DNA of 14,066 nucleotides from a virus: the UHGV virus genome UHGV-0237147; one strand, given 5' to 3'. How positions within the stretch are numbered: the first letter of the stretch is position 1; each line of letters begins with the position of its first letter. Under the pieces are notes generated by a model. The model worked only from the letters and a program-made list of their open reading frames with translations, was not told the DNA's origin and did no database searches. Made by a program: the position numbers and the translations under genes. This document shows, piece after piece, positions 5,990 through 12,653 of the stretch.

Positions 5990-7039
5990 TTATGCCAGCA
6001 CGCCAATTGCCAGCGCTCGATCTATAACCCGAAAAACTAGGACCAGTTGGTCATCGTATTTCGCTTCAAATGCCACGGGATCAGCATGCAACTCGTTGTG
6101 ATGTGCTCTGCACAGCGGTATCACAAACAGGTCGTGTGCTTTTGTACCCATTCCACCCTGCCCGTGGCCAATCAGGTGGTGGGGGTCGTCTGCGGGTTTA
6201 TTGCAACAAACACAGGGTTGTGTTTTAACCCAGCGGGTGTACGTCTCATTTATCCAGCGGCGACGTTTTGGCCTGAGCATGAAAGACTCCGGAGACTCCG
6301 GATCGACGGTTAACGTCAGTATTGGCTTTTGGGTTTCCACATCCAGGCTGTCTGACCGCCGAGCTGGTAACGTTTCAATCGGCCTGACTTTTTCCTGCAT
6401 AATGCTGGTGGCCGGCGGCATAGGTACGATGTCACTTTCCCGGTAAACAGATAATAATGGTTCGTCTGGCAGCCGTAGTGCCCGCTGCGCCATTCCTTCG
6501 GTGACAGCATCAGCGACACCAGATTGAACCGCCCACCAGCAAAGTTCGGCTAAAGAGAGGGAGCGCTCTTTGTTGTAGCCAAGCCCAGCCAGTACGGTAT
6601 CAATAATCCATTCGGCAACATTGTTCAGCGCAAGCGCCTGCAATCTTTCCGTTGTCTGCCCGCGCAATTTGTTATCGCAGTGCCAGCACACCACCAACGC
6701 GCCAGGCGGATGCCATAGTGTCGTTAGCTCGGCATGATGGTAATCAGAAAAAGGGTACTGACACTTTTTAATGCGCTGACGAAGCCAGAACTCAAGCCCG
6801 GACATACCACCAGCAGCAGTAATGACCCGTTCATCGGTAAAGAAAGTGTGAAGGCTGGGATCCTCCAGTAGCGGTTGCTGTGCATCGGGGATCCGACCAG
6901 ACGGAAGCCGGGCCATGTTTTCTGGCTCCCGTTCAACCAGCACGCGACCTGATGCAAACAGGGGCATTAACTCCCGTCCTGGCTTGAACAGCACCACGCC
7001 AAGGCGTGGCACCATTTCAGGGGTAAGTAAGGCTCTCAA
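5990..7039 (-). CDS. DUF968-like prophage protein with a C-terminal HNH-type Cys/His motif (349 aa, TTG start; alternative ATG at 7015); resembles E. coli Qin prophage YdfU
   Basis: C-terminal CVCCNKPADDPHHLIGHGQGGMGTKAHDLFVIPLCRAHHNELH is an HNH-like metal-binding motif; size and position next to the Q-like gene match the YdfU family as I recall it; RBS AAGGGG upstream of TTG 7039. Confidence 0.6.
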   Translation of the reverse strand: MRALLTPEMVPRLGVVLFKPGRELMPLFASGRVLVEREPENMARLPSGRIPDAQQPLLEDPSLHTFFTDERVITAAGGMSGLEFWLRQRIKKCQYPFSDYHHAELTTLWHPPGALVVCWHCDNKLRGQTTERLQALALNNVAEWIIDTVLAGLGYNKERSLSLAELCWWAVQSGVADAVTEGMAQRALRLPDEPLLSVYRESDIVPMPPATSIMQEKVRPIETLPARRSDSLDVETQKPILTLTVDPESPESFMLRPKRRRWINETYTRWVKTQPCVCCNKPADDPHHLIGHGQGGMGTKAHDLFVIPLCRAHHNELHADPVAFEAKYDDQLVLVFRVIDRALAIGVLA

Positions 7040-7049
7040 TGCCCACCCC

Positions 7050-7571
7050 TTATACCGTCAGATCTTTAAATTTCTGTACGGCCTTCCCCATGTCCGCCAT
7101 AGCATCCACAAACTCATCAAACTTACGGCTTGCCATTCCATAAGCCTGGAGGATTTCAAGCTTCAGAGGATCGAGTTGCTTTTTTATTTCAGCGCGGTCA
7201 CCTGCCTTTTTTTCAGCTTCTTCAGCGGCACGAATGAGGGCTTCAGCCTGCTTGCGTAATTCTTCAGGGGTCACGGTTGGCTTATTCAAAGTGGCTTCCT
7301 TCAATGTCTTCGACGACGCAATAACCGGCGCCACGGATTTATGACCAAACTTAGGGTGATGCAGGGTTGTTGTCCTGCCGTCATCAGTAATGCAGAGCAG
7401 GCTGTTTTCGCGGATGATATCGATCAGGTTTTCTTTATCCTTCCGGCTCAACGAGCTATATGCTGATACTTTGTGCGTCAGATGGGTGAGCGTTGCCCCA
7501 TCAGGTTGTTTTTCAACAAACCGTTTAACCCTGGACAATACAGGCTGAAGGTGCGGAGGGGTCACTCTCAC
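7050..7571 (-). CDS. Hypothetical phage protein (173 aa, GTG start overlapping the upstream stop)
   Basis: Long ORF translationally coupled to the Ant gene (GTGA overlap); C-terminal half Lys/Glu/Ala-rich and predicted helical. No family recognised. Confidence 0.5.
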   Translation of the reverse strand: MRVTPPHLQPVLSRVKRFVEKQPDGATLTHLTHKVSAYSSLSRKDKENLIDIIRENSLLCITDDGRTTTLHHPKFGHKSVAPVIASSKTLKEATLNKPTVTPEELRKQAEALIRAAEEAEKKAGDRAEIKKQLDPLKLEILQAYGMASRKFDEFVDAMADMGKAVQKFKDLTV

Positions 7572-8389
7572 TGGAGACCCCCTGCTAAATCTTTATCGTG
7601 GGTAAAACTACCGTTCCAGGTGACCTTCATCGGAAGCTTCCCCTTCAGGTAGTTTTTGTACAGCCAGACAGCGCCTTCACGTAGCAGGACGGGCTGGTAG
7701 GTAGTAAAGCTCACCGCAGAGTTTGGCGATACTTTACTGCTTTTCTCGGTGAGGTATTTGTCGCGGGCATACGAACGAACACGCCACTGTGCACTGCGGC
7801 CTTCGGGATTGTCGTCGTACAGCCAGTTAGCAGAGACAAGCCAGGCACTGATCTTGGAGGTATTCACACCATTCAAACGCTTACAGAACTGTACAGGGGA
7901 AAGCCCGTCAGTGAAGAGACTCTCGAGATGCTCGATATATTCGGCCTGCTGGTGGGTAACTGTTTCCGCGCGCTGCCTGGCTTCAAATTCATCAGCCCAT
8001 GCTCTCGCAGCCTGTGCCGGATCAGAGAAATTTGGTAATGATGGTGTACCAACTCGCATTTTCGCTTGTTGTTCGCATGTGATGAAATAACGGCGAACCT
8101 GACGACCCTTCTCGTTTCTCTCCACCATCGCCAGTTCTTTACCCATATCAATGGTGATCAGGTAATCAACGGTTGGGCGTCCACCGAGGGGGTTCTCGCC
8201 AGAATTGGCGTAAACCACATAATCAGTATTTTCAGCAAAACCATACTGACTGATACGCCCTTTAATCCAGTTGGTGAAATCACGCCCAACGCCGAGAAAG
8301 GCATGTAACCTTTTAGCGCTGACCATCGGGGTTATGTGGTTGCCAATATTGCCCTGAGTGATCGGGATGATCTGATGTAGCTGACTCAT
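7568..8389 (-). CDS. Phage antirepressor (AntA/AntB N-terminal domain family), 273 aa
   Basis: N-terminal region SAKRLHAFLGVGRDFTNWIKGRISQYGFAENTDYVV ... DYLITIDMGKELAMVERNEKGRQVRRYFITCE matches the conserved antirepressor N-domain pattern; RBS GGGGAGG; ATGA overlap with the upstream gene. Confidence 0.75.
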   Translation of the reverse strand: MSQLHQIIPITQGNIGNHITPMVSAKRLHAFLGVGRDFTNWIKGRISQYGFAENTDYVVYANSGENPLGGRPTVDYLITIDMGKELAMVERNEKGRQVRRYFITCEQQAKMRVGTPSLPNFSDPAQAARAWADEFEARQRAETVTHQQAEYIEHLESLFTDGLSPVQFCKRLNGVNTSKISAWLVSANWLYDDNPEGRSAQWRVRSYARDKYLTEKSSKVSPNSAVSFTTYQPVLLREGAVWLYKNYLKGKLPMKVTWNGSFTHDKDLAGGLQ

Positions 8390-8757
8390 CTTGCCTCCCC
8401 GTTGCGCAGATCGCTGATAAAAGGGAGATTGCTCAGAACGCGAACATAAAAGTCAGGGCTCAACCAGAGGGCATAGGCAAAAACCAACTCCTGAGAGGCG
8501 AAAGTACCCTGTAAGACTCCACCGCGAATAACATGCAACTTTTCCCAACGTTCACCAGGGAGAGCATTTAGAATTCTTTTTGCAGTTAGCGTCCTGAGAT
8601 AAAACGCAGGTTTTTTGGACGCAGACCCACCTGAAGCCTTATGAATATCATTGAGACTATAAAGATTTGGTTCGAATGAGTTGATTAAACATCCATCAAC
8701 AACAAGATAAGAGTCTTTTTTGGGCGTAGCAGTGCCCATAACATGATGATTGCTCAT
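8386..8757 (-). CDS. KilA-N domain protein (123 aa from ATG 8757; the ORF extends upstream to 8862 but that part overlaps rusA and looks non-coding)
   Basis: Motifs YSLNDIHKASGG, PAFYLRT and GTFASQELVFAYALWLSPDFYVRV are characteristic of the KilA-N DNA-binding domain; RBS GGAGAG upstream of ATG 8757. Confidence 0.7.
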   Translation of the reverse strand: MSNHHVMGTATPKKDSYLVVDGCLINSFEPNLYSLNDIHKASGGSASKKPAFYLRTLTAKRILNALPGERWEKLHVIRGGVLQGTFASQELVFAYALWLSPDFYVRVLSNLPFISDLRNGEAR

Positions 8758-8843
8758 ATTCTCTCCATACTCTGATTGTTGCGAAGGGCCTGCACGCCCT
8801 TTTCGCTTGCACTTTCCGACATTACTGCCATAACGACCAATAT

Positions 8844-9242
8844 TCAACCCACAGCTGGACATATAACCACCTCTTTTTTATATGCCGTTATGGTTATCTC
8901 AACTTTTCCCTTCGGTACTATCGGTCCCCATTCCACCAGCATGCGCTTAATCTGGCTGTCGTCTTCCCAGACACCCGCATGCGTCAGCGCGTCAAACAGG
9001 GCTTTGTTGTAATTATCGATATCCCGGCGGCGCGCATCCGGCGGGTACAGAGTGATTTCTACCGCTGCCAGTTCAGTCGATGGCTTCGGGAGACGTCGTA
9101 ATTGCTCAATGATCGCCACGCAGGCAGCGCTCTGGTATTTACGGCCATCAGCGCTAATGAGGTGACGACCGGCCAGCGGCCCCTTGTTAGGGGAGCGCCA
9201 GTAAGTGTTCACGCTCGGAGGAAAAGGCAGGATCAATTTCAC
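8844..9242 (-). CDS. rusA: Holliday-junction resolvase RusA (crossover junction endodeoxyribonuclease), 132 aa, GTG start
   Basis: N-terminus MKLILPFPPSVNTYW and the acidic motif RRRDIDNYNKALFDALTHAGVWEDDSQI match the RusA family; GTGA overlap with the methyltransferase stop; RBS GGGGAGAGG. Confidence 0.85.
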   Translation of the reverse strand: MKLILPFPPSVNTYWRSPNKGPLAGRHLISADGRKYQSAACVAIIEQLRRLPKPSTELAAVEITLYPPDARRRDIDNYNKALFDALTHAGVWEDDSQIKRMLVEWGPIVPKGKVEITITAYKKEVVICPAVG

Positions 9243-10558
9243 GCGGCCTCTCCCCGCATATTGCGAACAAGTTCAGAAGCGGCAGTAATGATTTCGCTGG
9301 TGGCCGTTCGTTCCAGCCAGAGTTGATTGATGTTGGCTTTCAGCTTGTTCTGCTGTGAATCATCCAGCATGTCAGCGCCATCCACCTGATCGAATACAAT
9401 TCCAACCTCCAGCGGCCAGATACGGGACTCGGGAAGCGGATCCGCTACTGGTTTAGCTTTCTCACGGATGTGCATGCGGATCTGGCGAATATTGGACCAA
9501 CTGGAAACATCCAGGCTTCCCATAGCTGCAATGAAATCAGTACTGTTCATGCCATATTCACCAGATGCTTCAAGGGCAACAGTCCGAATACGTTCCGACA
9601 TATCCAGGTGCGCAGCAGCGTCATCGAATTCAATCGACAACAGCCACTCATCCACACCGAACAAAATACTCTCACGAATAAGCAGCTTCGCTTTGTCGAT
9701 CGTTAATGGTGATACCTGAGTGAATTCCGGTGCTTCGACAGAATCCGCCGCCCAGGTATGCCCAAACTTCGATTCACTGAATGTGTATTCTTCTTTATCG
9801 CCGAACGCAGCTCTAACGCATGCCCACGCCTCTACACCGCTGACATCAAAAATATCTTTCTGGGTGAGTGGCAACTCTACTTCTGGCTTGTCAGCTACAG
9901 ATGGTGTGGCAGTTGCAGGTTGAGACTTGCTGACAGCAAATTGCGCCAAAGTCATAAACGCCTGCCCTTTTGCCTCCAGTTCTGTACGGTTGATATAGCT
10001 GAACCGCTCACCACGCCATGACTTATCGAATACAGCTATGGCACCGGCAAAAAACGCGCTGGTGGGCTTCTGTTTTTCGTCAGCAGGTACAAACCACACA
10101 GGCAGATCGAACCCAATGCGCCCGCGAATGAATACAATGTGATCGGCATCTTCCGGCCACCACGTTTCACTCGGCGCGGCTTTTATCAGGAATACATAGC
10201 GACCGCCCTTTTCGCGCTGGGCTGCTGCGTACTTCATGATGTGCGTCATACCAGTGATCGCCTGATTCTCGTGGTACTGCGAACGGCTATACGGTGGGTT
10301 GCCATAACCTGCACCACCTAGTTCTGCCAGACGTTCAGACCAATCCTGGGTCAGCGCGTTATCTTCGGCGGTGTACCATGCCGGGCATTTCGCGTTGTCG
10401 TCGTCAGCAAACAAGTCCAGAACTAATGGGCCAAATAACGCGTTGATCCCCCAGAAAAGCAGATCAGGTGTCCTCCACTGATCTCCAACTTCTTTCAATT
10501 CGTGAGCTGGTTTACTGCGCAGTTCAGCCAGCGCCTGGCAATACTTATTTGGCATCAT
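9239..10558 (-). CDS. Phage Dam-family DNA N6-adenine methyltransferase fused to an acidic C-terminal domain of about 240 aa of unknown function (439 aa total)
   Basis: N-terminal roughly 190 aa carry WRTPDLLFWGINALFGPLVLDLFADDDN and the NPPY catalytic motif (GNPPYSRS) typical of phage Dam methyltransferases; the remainder (after a Pro/Ala/Thr linker QPATATPSVADKPEVELPL) is acidic and unrecognised. ATGA overlap with the upstream replication-gene stop. Confidence 0.75.
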   Translation of the reverse strand: MMPNKYCQALAELRSKPAHELKEVGDQWRTPDLLFWGINALFGPLVLDLFADDDNAKCPAWYTAEDNALTQDWSERLAELGGAGYGNPPYSRSQYHENQAITGMTHIMKYAAAQREKGGRYVFLIKAAPSETWWPEDADHIVFIRGRIGFDLPVWFVPADEKQKPTSAFFAGAIAVFDKSWRGERFSYINRTELEAKGQAFMTLAQFAVSKSQPATATPSVADKPEVELPLTQKDIFDVSGVEAWACVRAAFGDKEEYTFSESKFGHTWAADSVEAPEFTQVSPLTIDKAKLLIRESILFGVDEWLLSIEFDDAAAHLDMSERIRTVALEASGEYGMNSTDFIAAMGSLDVSSWSNIRQIRMHIREKAKPVADPLPESRIWPLEVGIVFDQVDGADMLDDSQQNKLKANINQLWLERTATSEIITAASELVRNMRGEAA

Positions 10559-11421
10559 GAGCGGAACCCCGAATTTTCTGGCAGTGAATAGTCAACATTT
10601 TGGAAGTTTGCGCGGCTGGCTGAGTTAGTCGCCCATTTACCGTTAACGCGTTCAGGTCGCCCAGCGGCAGACCATTTGGTCGCGCTTTGCAGGTAACCGG
10701 GGAAGTTTTTTGGAATAAACAGAGTTGCCGGGCGGAGGTATTGAGCCTGCTCGCTATCACGCCAATCAGCGTTTTTGTAATCCACCACAAGGCACAGATC
10801 ATCAACAGTGAACTGTTCCCGCAGACGGGCGCGAATGTTCTCCAGCGACGTGCTGCATACCTGGTAGCGTGAACCAGTTGTCTGGTTCAGGTAAGACAAA
10901 ACCTGTCTGGCCTGATCAGTAATCACAACCTCAGGGTCGGGTTGCGCCGCAACCGGACAAGAGGGTTTTGAAGTTACTTGTGGATCTTGTTTTGATTTTA
11001 CTGACGGATCCCCGCCAGATTCTGACGGGTCAAAACCTCCGTTTTTGCCAGATTTCGACGGGTCAGTTTTTGAGGCGTCAAATTTTGATGCGTCAGATTT
11101 TGACGTGTCAGAATCTGACAGTTGAGAAAATGCGGCAGCCTGAAGTTTCGCCACATTCAGTCGGTACACGTTCGACGCATTACGGTTACCATTACGGCGC
11201 TGTGTACGCGTGAGCCAGCCATCTTTTTCAAGCTTTGCGATTGCCGTTCTGATAGTGCTCGGCCCAGCGCCAAGCTGGCGAGCAATAGTTTCAATAGACG
11301 GCCAGCACACGCCCTCATCGCTGCTGAAATCAGCAAGGCGAGCCATGATCGCGACACTAGACAACTTCATGCCCGACGCCGCGCAACCATCCCATACGTA
11401 GCCGGTTAATTTAGTGCTCAT
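10555..11421 (-). CDS. Replication initiation protein (lambda O-like: N-terminal HTH DNA-binding domain, low-complexity Ser/Lys/Asp linker, conserved phage C-terminal replication domain), 288 aa
   Basis: N-terminal winged-helix-like region (ETIARQLGAGPSTIRTAIAKLEKDGWL); C-terminal region (QARQVLSYLNQTTGSRYQ ... DYKNADWRDSEQAQYLRPATLF) resembles the conserved phage replication C-terminal domain (TIGR02220-like, from memory); iterons lie inside the gene as for lambda ori. Confidence 0.7.
   Translation of the reverse strand: MSTKLTGYVWDGCAASGMKLSSVAIMARLADFSSDEGVCWPSIETIARQLGAGPSTIRTAIAKLEKDGWLTRTQRRNGNRNASNVYRLNVAKLQAAAFSQLSDSDTSKSDASKFDASKTDPSKSGKNGGFDPSESGGDPSVKSKQDPQVTSKPSCPVAAQPDPEVVITDQARQVLSYLNQTTGSRYQVCSTSLENIRARLREQFTVDDLCLVVDYKNADWRDSEQAQYLRPATLFIPKNFPGYLQSATKWSAAGRPERVNGKWATNSASRANFQNVDYSLPENSGFRS
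11002..11111. repeat. Iteron array (candidate origin of replication): imperfect repeats with palindromic cores TGAyGnGTCA at 11023-11032, 11056-11065, 11071-11080, 11087-11096, 11101-11110, and a partial copy at 11002-11011
   Basis: Read directly from the sequence: tgacgggtca, cgacgggtca, tgaggcgtca, tgatgcgtca, tgacgtgtca, each flanked by a short T/A run; located inside the replication gene where they encode the SK[ST]D low-complexity linker. Confidence 0.7.
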
Positions 11422-11677
11422 GATCGTCCGTTATCTCCCTGAACTTTTGCCTGAATTGCTCAAGTGGGCTGAAGCATTCGTGCAGGTAGCCATCACGCAG
11501 ATAGATAACGCGCTGTGTTTCTGGCTCCCAGCGGATAACACGGACTGGCACTCCACGGTGGTCTTTGAACCTTCGGTTAAGTTCGCGCACAGGCGTTTTG
11601 CCCTCCGGTTGTAGACCCCCACAATTGAAACCGCCCTACTGTGGTTACACGGAACCCAGCGGTTTGATAATCTGCGT

Positions 11678-11836
11678 TCATACCGAAACAACGGAGTACC
11701 CGAAACCGGGATCATCCTGAGTTGCGGTAGACGGTTAAAAGCCGTTAAACTGCTCATGCGGATTATTTCTCCATACTCGAAGAGTTGTTCGCCAAGTCGC
11801 CCGGAGCTGCACACTCGCGGGCGTCACTCTTTTCTG
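11678..11836 (+). ncRNA. Candidate OOP-like antisense RNA (plus-strand transcript antisense to the 3' end of the CII-like gene)
   Basis: Sigma-70-like promoter GTTACA (11644-11649) - 16 bp - GATAAT (11666-11671) on the plus strand; intrinsic terminator at 11797-11836 inside the 3' end of the minus-strand CII-like gene; no convincing plus-strand ORF with an RBS in between. Inference by analogy to lambda OOP. Confidence 0.3.
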
Positions 11837-12314
11837 CGACACAAAAAACTCGATAAAGAAGCGCTACGTGCTCCTGGAACTTCGCGATAACCTGATAGCT
11901 GTTTTCCTCAATCTGAGCGCGCTCATCTGCGTCAATTACCCCATCAGCCGTGGCTTTACGTACAAAATTAGAATGACGGCCTATCCATTCGATGGACTCC
12001 ATCAGGCGCTGGTTGATATCGGCGTTATCCAGATCATCAACATCTGCCAGCGGTACAAATACGCCCTGAGAATGGCGCGCAACGGCATCAGCTATATGAG
12101 TTGAACCACCAGCACGTTGTAAAACCATTGCCCAGCCCAGTGGGAAGATCTGGTCGCCGTCAACACGAAGGCGGTTAAACAATGCGTTCTCTGTCACACC
12201 CAACCATTCCGCCGCCTCAGCATATCCACCAGGCAGATCGGTAATCGTTTTTTTAATCGCTACCACCAGCCAGGAAGGCTGACGCTCGACTTTCCAAATA
12301 GGTTCGTTACCCAC
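11763..12314 (-). CDS. CII-like early regulator (YdaT-family HTH protein), 183 aa, GTG start
   Basis: Occupies the cII position directly downstream of the Cro-like gene (8-nt overlap); HTH-like segment GGYAEAAEWLGVTENALFNRL; RBS GGGAGGAG upstream of GTG 12314; family assignment from memory of YdaS/YdaT pairs. Confidence 0.5.
   Translation of the reverse strand: MGNEPIWKVERQPSWLVVAIKKTITDLPGGYAEAAEWLGVTENALFNRLRVDGDQIFPLGWAMVLQRAGGSTHIADAVARHSQGVFVPLADVDDLDNADINQRLMESIEWIGRHSNFVRKATADGVIDADERAQIEENSYQVIAKFQEHVALLYRVFCVAEKSDARECAAPGDLANNSSSMEK
11797..11836 (+). terminator. Plus-strand rho-independent terminator embedded in the 3' end of the minus-strand CII-like gene
   Basis: GC-rich stem CGCCCG (11798-11803) / CGGGCG (11818-11823), extendable with one bulge, followed by TCACTCTTTTCTG; no T-run on the opposite strand. 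Confidence 0.45.
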
Positions 12315-12552
12315 GGCTCCTCCCTTCTTCCTGTGGTTTGAGTTTTACTGAAGCTTCGCTACGCTTTTCGTAAAGGTCGGGATGGAAAACCAATTTCCCC
12401 CCAGTCCGATAGGCTGCTTCTGCTGCACGTCCTTTCGGGATTAGGCGACCAGTTCTATTACGCCACTGGTAAACGGCCTCGCTTGTGATTCCAAAAAATT
12501 CGGCAACTTTCTCAGTACTGCCGAAGTAGTTTTCAATATCATCGGTTGTCAT
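12307..12552 (-). CDS. Cro-like repressor (YdaS family HTH protein), 81 aa
   Basis: Divergent from the CI-like gene; RBS AGGAGG 4-5 nt upstream of ATG 12552; motif VAEFFGITSEAVYQWRNR ... FHPDLY matches the YdaS-type Cro-like family as I recall it. Confidence 0.7.
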   Translation of the reverse strand: MTTDDIENYFGSTEKVAEFFGITSEAVYQWRNRTGRLIPKGRAAEAAYRTGGKLVFHPDLYEKRSEASVKLKPQEEGRSRG

Positions 12553-12653
12553 AACGCCTCCTTAGCTAAGTTTGATTAGATATTAATAACCAATCTAACT
12601 TTGGTCAATAAAAACTAAGATTGCTTAGCCTTTTAATTTTTTATGGTGTTCAA
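12553..12653. promoter_or_regulatory. Divergent promoter/operator region between the Cro-like and CI-like genes
   Basis: Perfect palindrome CTTAGCTAAG (12561-12570); inverted repeat CTAAG-attg-CTTAG (12615-12628); inverted repeat TTAGAT (12575-12580) ... ATCTAA (12593-12598); AT-rich 101-bp spacer between divergent start codons. Confidence 0.6.

Noticed and set aside
6047-7259. ORFs 6047-6313 (+), 6201-6446 (+), 6316-6519 (-), 6724-6957 (-), 6915-7259 (+)
   Set aside because: All nested within or antisense to the 349-aa DUF968/HNH-like gene and the 173-aa gene; none has an RBS or recognisable motifs.
7749-8308. ORFs 7749-8090 (+), 7873-8151 (-), 8066-8308 (+)
   Set aside because: Inside the antirepressor gene, whose translation carries clear family motifs; these are alternative-frame or antisense shadows.
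8776-9326. Plus-strand ORFs 8776-9012 and 9102-9326
   Set aside because: Antisense to rusA and to the KilA-N / methyltransferase junctions; no support.
9468-10321. Plus-strand ORFs 9468-9719, 9470-9706, 9720-9923, 9758-10021, 10139-10321
   Set aside because: All antisense within the 439-aa methyltransferase-fusion gene; I considered whether the methyltransferase might really be two genes, but the single minus-strand frame is open throughout with no internal stop.
10545-11401. ORFs 10545-10805 (-), 10687-10872 (+), 10968-11213 (+), 11122-11409 (+), 11157-11357 (-), 11210-11401 (+)
   Set aside because: Overlap the replication-initiator gene; several run through the iteron array, where repeats create spurious ORFs in every frame (for example the RQILT repeats in 10968-11213).
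11414-11814. ORFs 11431-11814 (- ; internal ATG at 11757 giving 108 aa) and 11414-11614 (+) in the CII-to-O spacer
   Set aside because: Translations are Ser/Arg/Cys-rich with no recognisable motifs and weak or mis-spaced RBSs; more likely non-coding regulatory DNA, though a small gene cannot be excluded without conservation data.
11868-12104. Plus-strand ORF 11868-12104
   Set aside because: Antisense within the CII-like gene; no RBS.
12621-12653. TTG-initiated 11-codon N-terminal extension of the CI-like ORF
   Set aside because: The extension (MLSLLIFYGVQ) falls in the operator region; ATG 12654 gives an N-terminus that aligns with the HTH domain start, so the shorter form is preferred.
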